Shown here: positions 26,338-34,859 of the stretch, piece by piece
How the letters are laid out: the number at the start of each line of letters is the position of its first letter
How positions within the stretch are numbered: position 1 is the stretch's first letter
Made by a program: the position numbers and the translations under genes
The notes under the pieces: model-generated
Databases searched by the model: none
The model's input: only the letters and a program-made list of their open reading frames with translations
What the model was told of the DNA's origin: nothing
Assembly: GCA_949358305.1 (NCBI GenBank)
Contig: OX442314.1
Location: 3,596,001 to 3,660,000, forward strand
Reading direction: 5' to 3'
DNA length: 64,000 nt
Source of the DNA: Strigamia acuminata
Taxonomy: Eukaryota

Positions 26338-27657
26338 ATGCAAGTCTCCGAGAATTATTTGGATGTCGAACAACCATTCGTCGTCGATGAATCTGTTAAT
26401 GCCTACAACTACCACGAATATTATCCTATTATAGGAACTAATTTAAATAATGTGAATTCCGAAATTCGATTAATCATTCAAAACGAAGATGTATGGACTC
26501 ACCCTCATAAAAGTTACGTCTGCATAACAGGAAGATTAGTGAAAGCGGATGGTACAGACCTTATCGCTCAAGCTGATGAACAAGACCATATAATAACGTT
26601 AGGAAATAACTTTATGCCATTTTTGTTCAGCAACATGAAATATCACATAGGTGATAAATTAATAGACGAAATAAATTATCCGGGTTATGCTACCACTATT
26701 AAGGGCTTACTAACGTACAAACAGCTCCAAAATTCGAGCGGAAATATGGGATGGATAGTAGATCATCACAAGGGCGAAGCATCGGATACTCTTAATCCCG
26801 CTTTTCTAGAACGTAGAATATTTTACAACATAATGCCAACGCCCAAAGGATCGTTCTCTTTGTTAGTACCGTTAACACATTTAATGGGATTTTTCGAAGA
26901 CTATACGAAAATCATATATGGTGCCAAACAAGTTTTGACCTTAATGCGAACTCACGACAACGATGCCATTTTTAAAGCGATACAGTCCGGTCCCGCCCCA
27001 AAAGTAAACACCCCCGTTGGAAAAATTATCATCGAACAGTTATATTGGTTGATGCCGCACGTCTTACCGTCCGATATCCAAAAGAATAGATTACTCACTG
27101 CCATAGATAGAGGGGTGAACGTTCCATTAGCTTTTCGACATTGGTCGTTCGAAATGACAGACGTGCCACAAAGTAAGGAACACGCGTGGAGAGTGGTAAC
27201 AACCAGCACGTCAGAAAAACCACGTTACATCATCGTGGCTTTACAAACGAATAAAAGAGACGACCAATTAAAAAATCCAGCCACATTTGATAACTGCAAT
27301 GTAACGGAAGTTCATGCCTACTTAAATTCGGAACGATATCCTTATCTGGACAGTAACAATGATTTTAAGAAAGCCAATTTCTGTAAATTCTTAGAAAGTT
27401 GCATTCAATTTAGAAAAGACTATTACGGTGCCGACGATTTACCGTTTAATACTTACGAGTACGGAAATATATACCCGCTCATCGTAATAGATTGCACGAA
27501 ACAAAGCGAAAGAATGAAAACCGGAATAATGGACGTGCAAATAAAAATGAAATTTGCGGAAACCGTTCCTGCCGACACTAAAGCCTACGCTTTGATAATA
27601 AGCGATAGACTAATGACTATGAAATTAGACAAGGGTAAAATCGAAGTATTATATTAG
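26338..27657 (+). CDS. Major capsid protein (double jelly-roll)
   Basis: 439 aa; EKPRYIIVALQT, FDNCNV...YLNSERYPY and PLIVIDC.KQ motifs of Polinton MCPs. Confidence 0.9.
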   Translation: MQVSENYLDVEQPFVVDESVNAYNYHEYYPIIGTNLNNVNSEIRLIIQNEDVWTHPHKSYVCITGRLVKADGTDLIAQADEQDHIITLGNNFMPFLFSNMKYHIGDKLIDEINYPGYATTIKGLLTYKQLQNSSGNMGWIVDHHKGEASDTLNPAFLERRIFYNIMPTPKGSFSLLVPLTHLMGFFEDYTKIIYGAKQVLTLMRTHDNDAIFKAIQSGPAPKVNTPVGKIIIEQLYWLMPHVLPSDIQKNRLLTAIDRGVNVPLAFRHWSFEMTDVPQSKEHAWRVVTTSTSEKPRYIIVALQTNKRDDQLKNPATFDNCNVTEVHAYLNSERYPYLDSNNDFKKANFCKFLESCIQFRKDYYGADDLPFNTYEYGNIYPLIVIDCTKQSERMKTGIMDVQIKMKFAETVPADTKAYALIISDRLMTMKLDKGKIEVLY

Positions 27658-27831
27658 ATTTTAAAATAATATATACGTATATAAAATATATATAAATATA
27701 TATAATATATAATATATATATAATATATATATATATATAATATATATATAATATATATAATATATAATATATAATATATATAAATAAATATATATAAAAT
27801 AATATATACGTATATAAAAAAAGAAATAAAA

Positions 27832-28299
27832 ATGTATAAGATACATAAAGTGAATCTATCTCCGAATCAACAACGAAAAATATCCAAGTCTGTCAAAAAA
27901 AAGATACCCTTGCATTTAAGATTGAAATACGAACAATTAAACGGCAATCATGGCTTGTCTCTTACGGATAGACAAATAAACAAGATCAAAAAAGCCGGTT
28001 CTAAAAAGAAAGGCATGACTTTGAGTATACCTTCGAATCAAATTAAACAATCTGGCGGATTTTTCCCTTTATTACTTCCACTATTGGGGGCTTTAGGCGG
28101 TCTCGCTGGCGGTGCGGCAGGAATTGCCAAAGCTGTCGATGAGGCAAAAACCAACAAGAGAATGCTCGATGAGACAAAACGTCATAATGCAGTTTCAGAA
28201 GGTAAAGGAATGCAATTCGCAAAAAAAAAATCGCGGAAACGCAAGTCTGGAAAAGGTTTTTACTTGAAACCTTACGGCTCACTGGTGACAAAAAAATAA
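27832..28299 (+). CDS. Basic core / membrane-active virion protein (155 aa)
   Basis: Lys-rich; SGG|FFPLLLPLLGALGGLAGGAAGIAKAV amphipathic segment, ETKRHN and GKGFYLKPY. Confidence 0.75.
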   Translation: MYKIHKVNLSPNQQRKISKSVKKKIPLHLRLKYEQLNGNHGLSLTDRQINKIKKAGSKKKGMTLSIPSNQIKQSGGFFPLLLPLLGALGGLAGGAAGIAKAVDEAKTNKRMLDETKRHNAVSEGKGMQFAKKKSRKRKSGKGFYLKPYGSLVTKK

Positions 28300-28655
28300 A
28301 ACCGCTAGATTCGTTGCAGTTGGAGGAACTGGCCAGACGAATGAAAATTTCATTTTTTAGAGGAGTGTTTTCGAGAGATACTTTACCCGTCAAACCACGA
28401 TCGAAAGAATGTGGAATTGTTAATTTGAACACGCACCACGAAAGCGGAAGTCATTGGGTGGCATACAGTAAAATTGGAAATAAGAAGCTGTACTTCGATA
28501 GTTTCGGAGACTTGCCACCCCCGTTGGAATTATACGATTATCTGGGAGACAACATAAAATACAATTACAATCAGTATCAAAATTTTGACGAAATTACTTG
28601 CGGCCATTTGTGCTTATATGTTTTAAAAAAATGGAGGAAAGAAGAAAAAAAATAA
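28290..28655 (+). CDS. Adenain-like cysteine protease, copy 2 (no ATG at its natural start; probably a frameshift fusion to the upstream ORF)
   Basis: FRGVFSRDTLP, IVNLN...GSHWV, YFDSFG, QYQ......CGHLC (His-Asp-Gln-Cys all present). Confidence 0.9.
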   Translation, partial: KKIKPLDSLQLEELARRMKISFFRGVFSRDTLPVKPRSKECGIVNLNTHHESGSHWVAYSKIGNKKLYFDSFGDLPPPLELYDYLGDNIKYNYNQYQNFDEITCGHLCLYVLKKWRKEEKK

Positions 28656-28689
28656 TTAAAAAATAGTTTTTTTCCCTTCTATTAAAAAA

Positions 28690-30330
28690 ATGGTAAGCGT
28701 AAATAAACTAGGAGACGATTATCGTCTTAACGCAGTGCATAAATTGGGCAAACGTCAACGTCGAGAAGTAGATGAGGTTCTCGCAGATCACGTTGGTTAC
28801 GATGCATTATCCGATCTAGAAAAAAAAATTTTTGACGAGATCACAAAGACTAAAAATGCCCTGAAAGCTGCTTGCGATTCTATAATTAACGATTTGAACG
28901 CATTAAAACGTACCGTACAAGATCAAGCTAGTAAGCTAACGGGGCAAGGCGAAGGAATTGATACGAAGGATATTGATAAACTCAAAAATGATATTGCCTA
29001 TGCTACTATAAAATATGGAACGTTGGAACAAGATTTGATTAAGAAAATTAAAGAATTAGAAGCGAACATTAAGATATTAGTAGATAATGCGACTGCTTCC
29101 GGTGGTGTAGAAGTTGACGAAAAACAAATAAGCGCATTAGAAATCAAAATCAAAGACTTGATAAATGACGTTAAATCCGAGTTGGAATCTGCGATCGAAG
29201 ATTTAAAGACTGGGTTGGAGACGTTGACTAATAGCTTAATCCAGAATAAAACCGATTATGATACAAAAATAAACGAAGCATTGGATGAAGTAGAAACCAA
29301 AATCCAGAACTTAGACGTGGACAAAATCAGAACCAACATCGAGGCATCAAATGACAAGATAAAACAAGCACAGGATGATATAAAAAAGTTAGAAAAAAGT
29401 GTGGAAAATGAGGTTAAAGCCTTGGAAACCAAAATCAAAGCTTTACCCGCAAAATTTGGTGTTAGTAGCGAAAGTACGGAAGACTTAAAAACCAAAATTG
29501 AAGCGGCGAAAGCGGAGCTAGACACAGTCAGTACTGCCATTCAAAAAGATCTGGACGAGACTAAACTTAAATTAAACGAGTACGTAGACGAAAATTCCGT
29601 AAAGTCAGATAAAATGCAAACGAGCGTCAACGAGGTTACCGATAAAATCAAATTAGCCAACGAACAAATAATAACGTTGCAGGAAAACATGTTGTCCATT
29701 TTGACATCCGTTCAAGAAGAAATATCAAAAATTAGCGCAATTCCGAGCGTTGACGAATCAAGTTTTGCTCCCGCTGCTTTGGCCGGCACTGTCGATACGG
29801 TAGAAGCCACGTTAAATTCTAACATCGAAGCGAACAAAATAGAAGTTAATAAGAAATTGACGGAATTAGAAGACAAAATATCAAATCTAAATATTCCCGA
29901 AGTAGAAGAACAGGCCGATTTAGTGCTAGGGTTCCTACATTCGCAACGGACCGATTGGTTTTTGAAGGTGTCCGAAGAATGGAAATTATTTGCACATAAT
30001 GGGAAGTTTTATACTCCTCATTACGGGCATATAACGCGAATCAGTTTATTCATGTATGCTACTACAGCAGAATACACAGTAATACCTAACGAGTTTGAGT
30101 TTATCTTGTCTATTAACGGGCATGGTCGAACGTTCCATATTCCACGTACAGATGTTACAAAAACACCACGTAAAATGCCGGTATGTTTTAGAACGTACAA
30201 TTTAGAGAAAAAAGTAGATTTTGATGATAACGATCACATTAGAATATCTACTGTCACCGATTGGAGTCCGGAAATAAAAGTTTACGCCCTCGTGTATTGC
30301 AGATTCGATCGTAGTAAATGGGACGATTAA
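28690..30330 (+). CDS. Long coiled-coil protein with a C-terminal beta-rich globular domain (546 aa)
   Basis: About 400 aa of heptad-like K/E/L/I helix followed by ~135 aa of aromatic, beta-rich sequence. Confidence 0.8.
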   Translation: MVSVNKLGDDYRLNAVHKLGKRQRREVDEVLADHVGYDALSDLEKKIFDEITKTKNALKAACDSIINDLNALKRTVQDQASKLTGQGEGIDTKDIDKLKNDIAYATIKYGTLEQDLIKKIKELEANIKILVDNATASGGVEVDEKQISALEIKIKDLINDVKSELESAIEDLKTGLETLTNSLIQNKTDYDTKINEALDEVETKIQNLDVDKIRTNIEASNDKIKQAQDDIKKLEKSVENEVKALETKIKALPAKFGVSSESTEDLKTKIEAAKAELDTVSTAIQKDLDETKLKLNEYVDENSVKSDKMQTSVNEVTDKIKLANEQIITLQENMLSILTSVQEEISKISAIPSVDESSFAPAALAGTVDTVEATLNSNIEANKIEVNKKLTELEDKISNLNIPEVEEQADLVLGFLHSQRTDWFLKVSEEWKLFAHNGKFYTPHYGHITRISLFMYATTAEYTVIPNEFEFILSINGHGRTFHIPRTDVTKTPRKMPVCFRTYNLEKKVDFDDNDHIRISTVTDWSPEIKVYALVYCRFDRSKWDD

Positions 30331-30346
30331 ACTAACCATCGTCATA

Positions 30347-32668
30347 TTAATCCTCCGCCAAGCTTACGTATCCATAAGCCAAAGTATGAATACAATCATC
30401 TAATATCACTCGTTTCTTGTCTTTCGCCGACAATGCCAATTTGTCCACCTTGACCGTTGTGAGATCGTGCAGTTTTGATTTGATCGTTTCAAATTTCAAT
30501 CTGTGGGCCTCCCGTTCACCGAACAATATCTTCTTGTACGCCTCCAAGTCCAGCTCTTGCTCCACGACAGCCTTCTTTATGCCTTTACATCGCATGTTCG
30601 TTTTCCCGTTCACGTTATAAGCGTAACATTTGGCTCTTAGCCCTACAAACTCTTCTATCGGCTCGCCGGCAGTCTCGTCTTTGAAGCATCCTATGACACG
30701 CCTGTTTCTGCCATCGGGTGGGTGGTAATTAGACAGATCCATCACTTGTGGTATTTCTTCTCTGAAGAACGAGTAGACTGACGGAGCTTCTATTTCGTAC
30801 ATCAAACTATCCGTATCTGTCATCAGCAATCTCAGCTTGTCTGAGAATTTTTTTTTCATGACGTTGTAATGAAAGTCGTAGAGCAAGCATTTAGACAAGT
30901 CCAGGATAGTTAAACCGCTGTAAATAGGTTTGTCTAACGTCAATTCCAGCTTTCGCCGTTCAACCAACACCAGTTTTTTGTTTAATTTTTTTTTTCCTTT
31001 GAAACCGACGTGGTTGACGTGAGTATTCAAGTCTTTTGCATTGTTTACCAGATAAAATTGTCTATATTTCCTCACGTCCTGCAAGGTTTTTCCAAAGACC
31101 GAATTGTTAGCTAATTTCGCCAATTCCTGCTCAAAATCACTGGTAGCTGACTTCCGTTTCTCAATATTCAATTTGATATACTTGGCCAGCCACGGTTTTT
31201 GCTCAAACGTCAGCACTCTTTTTATTTTCATCAACGTCATGCCCAGGGACAAGTACAATTGCAGAGCTCTGTAATGCAGAATGTAATTACAACGAGCTTG
31301 CAAATGCGGGATTAATCTGGGAGAAGTGTCATCCCCAGAACGTATCATTTCCGGAGCCAAAGGCAAACAATTGTGGGACGAATGCAGTTCTTGCGGATAT
31401 CCCAAATCCACTTCCAAGATGCATCCCATCGTATCGTTCTCTCCCATTTTTAAAATCCGTTCTTGTGACCATTCGGCTACATTATCGTCGAAGGCAAACT
31501 TGCCAACTGGTAGCGGTTTGCTCATTGCCCAGGAATACATGGAATTCGCATCCAAATAGACGATGTAACTCTCTGGTTTCTCGCAATCGTATCCCGATGC
31601 CAGAAGAGGATTATTGGCTTTGGCGTAGCGTTGACTGATAGTGGCAACACCGCCTCTTATTCCTTGTTCGACAAACATGTACATATCTGGATCAGACAGA
31701 AGCTCCAATTTAACTTCGGTGATGAGCAGCGCAGCGTCCCAAGAAAGACTTGGAAACGTGATGTAATGACAGGGGTCTAGCTTGTAATGATTTAAACACA
31801 TTTTTCTGAACTGTTCGAATATATCCGCCAACAACAGAGTGTCGGTCTTCAGATACAAATCGTGATATTCGCCCATGTTTTTAATTCCGAACGTTTTCCA
31901 AACTAACTGGGCATATTGGTATTCGTCGTCGGTTATGTTCTCAAATTCTTCTTTCGGCGGAAGTTTATCTTCTTGAAATTTTGACCAACCGGTCATATAT
32001 CTGTAAGGGTACACTCCTTTCCTCAACAGAAGATCAATTTCCTCGCCTTTAAACTCGCTTCGAAAGACAGCGAACTGCGACTTCTCTAGATTTTTTGCCA
32101 AATTGGATAAACTGCTCGCGAGAAATTGGAAACTATCCATGAATTTTAACGTTACGACCTGTTTTGGATCATCACCGGTCTTGATTTTCAACGTGAACGA
32201 TTTGTATAATTCCGAGTTTTCGGCGATCATCGTCACTTTTTCTGACGCGACGGTCAAATGCGGCAATATTAGATGAAAATCATACTTTTTTCCATTATGG
32301 AAAATTATAGGCACAGATTTCCGCCAATGGTAGTTGAGGTTACAATTAGCGTGTGCGGCCCCACGAAACTTCCCGGTGAAATGGTTATGATCCAAGACTT
32401 TTGTCAAGCCTTTTAATTCTTCCAAGAATTCATCACCGCATAAGTAACACGTTGTTGCATTTCTATAAGCGATCCATTGAAGCGAAGTCATCGTTTTGGA
32501 ATTGAATTGTTTATGTTCCAATTCGGAAAATTGCTGAACCACGGCTTTAATTTCCGCACGCAACGATTGCAAAAAATGATCGACGGCATCCGGACCTCTA
32601 TACAGCTGTAACGGTCTGGAATAAGCTTCGTTCTCAGTGCACACTACTTTAAACGAATAACCGCACGG
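30347..32668 (-). CDS. Protein-primed family B DNA polymerase (pPolB) with an endonuclease-VII-like Zn domain; 5' end in the gap
   Basis: CYLC...DHNHFTGKFRGAAHANCN, FHNGKKYD, RKGVYPY, YLKTD, YLDANSMY, KLANNSVFGK, MTDTDSL, LRAKCY and KG motifs. Confidence 0.95.
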   Translation of the reverse strand, partial: PCGYSFKVVCTENEAYSRPLQLYRGPDAVDHFLQSLRAEIKAVVQQFSELEHKQFNSKTMTSLQWIAYRNATTCYLCGDEFLEELKGLTKVLDHNHFTGKFRGAAHANCNLNYHWRKSVPIIFHNGKKYDFHLILPHLTVASEKVTMIAENSELYKSFTLKIKTGDDPKQVVTLKFMDSFQFLASSLSNLAKNLEKSQFAVFRSEFKGEEIDLLLRKGVYPYRYMTGWSKFQEDKLPPKEEFENITDDEYQYAQLVWKTFGIKNMGEYHDLYLKTDTLLLADIFEQFRKMCLNHYKLDPCHYITFPSLSWDAALLITEVKLELLSDPDMYMFVEQGIRGGVATISQRYAKANNPLLASGYDCEKPESYIVYLDANSMYSWAMSKPLPVGKFAFDDNVAEWSQERILKMGENDTMGCILEVDLGYPQELHSSHNCLPLAPEMIRSGDDTSPRLIPHLQARCNYILHYRALQLYLSLGMTLMKIKRVLTFEQKPWLAKYIKLNIEKRKSATSDFEQELAKLANNSVFGKTLQDVRKYRQFYLVNNAKDLNTHVNHVGFKGKKKLNKKLVLVERRKLELTLDKPIYSGLTILDLSKCLLYDFHYNVMKKKFSDKLRLLMTDTDSLMYEIEAPSVYSFFREEIPQVMDLSNYHPPDGRNRRVIGCFKDETAGEPIEEFVGLRAKCYAYNVNGKTNMRCKGIKKAVVEQELDLEAYKKILFGEREAHRLKFETIKSKLHDLTTVKVDKLALSAKDKKRVILDDCIHTLAYGYVSLAED

Positions 32669-32868
32669 NNNNNNNNNNNNNNNNNNNNNNNNNNNNNNNN
32701 NNNNNNNNNNNNNNNNNNNNNNNNNNNNNNNNNNNNNNNNNNNNNNNNNNNNNNNNNNNNNNNNNNNNNNNNNNNNNNNNNNNNNNNNNNNNNNNNNNNN
32801 NNNNNNNNNNNNNNNNNNNNNNNNNNNNNNNNNNNNNNNNNNNNNNNNNNNNNNNNNNNNNNNNNNNN
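32669..32868. other. Assembly gap (200 N)
   Basis: Run of exactly 200 N; base composition differs on the two sides. Confidence 0.99.
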
Positions 32869-34090
32869 AAGACGACGAAGACGAAGACGAAGGCGAAGGC
32901 GAAGGCGATGGAAACGGTGGAAACGACGGCGGTCGCGTCGGACATGGTCGCGGCACCGCTCCTGGACGCGGGATGAAGCGCGATTGCGGTCTAATCGCTA
33001 GCATTGCGAAGAGCAAACGCGAACGTGAGGCTAAACAAATACGTGGACGCGAGCCGACTCCCACTACAAAGTCGTCGCCATCGTCGTCGTCGTCGTCGCC
33101 GGACAATGACAAACCGGATCCGTTCAAGGTAAAGGAAAGGGATCCTTTCCGCTGCTCTCATTAATTTGGTGGTTTGTGTTTGACTGAAATTTCAGACAGC
33201 CTTGTATCGCGAGAAACGAGACATCACGGGAAGCAAATGCGACAGTGTTTACTGCGCGGAGTCGACTAGTCCGCGACTGAGTTGCAAATCGTGTTCCTCT
33301 TCGGTACACGAAGAATGTGTGGGGCGGACATGGACCAACCGGAAAAGCTACACCAAGTTCTTTTGTAGCGGTTGTCGTAAAATTCCTCCCGCTCCTATCA
33401 CGAAACTGCGGTGAGTGTTTTCTTTCATTTTATTCTGTAATTAACTATAATTTTTTTGGCCACACCGTAGTCTAATTCGCTTGTTCATTTTTTGCTAAAC
33501 TAGTTTTAATTATTTCACACAGGTACTCCACTTACTCGATTGAGCAAAATCTCACCAAACACTTCAACATCTGCTTCCAACACGTCGCAGACGTGCTCAA
33601 TGGAAAGCTTAAAAGTTGGCGAATGAACCTCTTTGACAAAGGTGCCCCGAAGCGATCGTCCATGTCGACCGACCGACACGATTTACTGATCCAAGACGAA
33701 GAACTGGTACAGACTATAGATTTTTTATTATTTTTATATGTTTTTGTTTGTTTGTTTGTTTGTTTGTTTGTTTGTTTGTTTGTTTGTTTGTTTGTTCTTT
33801 TCTTTCGTTCGATTGAATTTTGCTCATTTACATTTCAGTGCAAACGTTTTGCTCATTCTATTATAAAGAAAATAAGCACGGACCTGCCCATAAAAACACA
33901 GTATGCGCAGACGTGGGGACCAGACGGAATTGAAACGTTCATGACAGCGGTCGCAATTCCCGAATTTCTGACCCGATTGATCTCTAAGATGGAGGACATC
34001 GATCGGGACCACGCAGACTTTTTCCTGGCTAATGTGGATCGCCCGCGGTATTTTGTTGACGATTTGAAAGACACGCGTGCCAGTCCGTGA
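32869..34090 (+). CDS. Spliced PHD-finger protein, 5' end in the gap (exons ~32869-33128, 33196-33410, 33523-33706, 33839-34090)
   Basis: C4HC3-like CDSVYC...CKSC....HEEC...CSGC; in-frame GT-AG junctions; AATAAA at ~34148. Confidence 0.7.
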
Positions 34091-34859
34091 AACGGCACAG
34101 TTTGTCAGATTTTCTTTTCTATTTTTTATTTTTTATTTGCGGTTTCGAATAAACAAACACGCACCCCGTTTCGCATTGTTTTTCTTTCGTTTATTTATTT
34201 ATCCATGCGTTTAACAAAATTTTCAGCACATAAATTGTTGTTGTGTAAAATTGCACACGCACGCGCGGTTGATTATATACACGCGCGTCCGATTTCCATA
34301 CTCGCCTCTCGACCGCGCGAGCCTTGTGAAAGCCCCGTGGTTTCCCATCATCCCTCGGTTCATCCTACACGCGTTCGCACGACGACGGCGTGGCAGCGAG
34401 TAGTTGGTCAACTGCCAAGTACTTTTCCAGCGAGAAAAAGAGGAAGAAAATTGAATCAACCGGTCTATCAACCGGCCTATCCATCGAATTAAGCAGGTAT
34501 GTCGACGAGCGAGCGCCATGTTCGCGGACGGACACAGACGGGAACCACAAGCGGTGTAATTGTCACCATCTTGCTCCCACAGATATTTCGAGAGAAATAT
34601 TTGACGAAAATAGCGTGGGTAGATATTTTCACCAGTTGCATTCAAAAGCTAACATAATTTGTATTTTACTCTAAATTTAAATGAAGATTGGCATCATTTA
34701 CCATTTAAACCCGTGATGAAATTTAAAACGCATCGGTATTTCAAGGGGGAAGGGAGGATAACACGTGTGCCATTGCTTCCCCTTTAATCACGTTCCCAGC
34801 ACGTGACAACGATCACGTTCATCCGCGCTGCACACGCGCACCAACCCGCGCGCCATTTA

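Larger units (their letters stand above)
18001..32668. mobile_element. Maverick/Polinton (adintovirus-like endogenous virus); right end lost in the assembly gap
   Basis: Intronless, tightly packed or overlapping genes for pPolB, rve integrase, A32-like ATPase, adenain, double-jelly-roll MCP, penton and PLA2. The left boundary is defined by the loss of identity to the duplicated host sequence. Confidence 0.93.

Noticed and set aside
30347..33127. 926-aa ORF suggesting PolB has a Pro/Ser/Asp-rich N-terminus
   Set aside because: It reads through the 200-N gap; the part beyond the gap is the antisense of the PHD gene exon.
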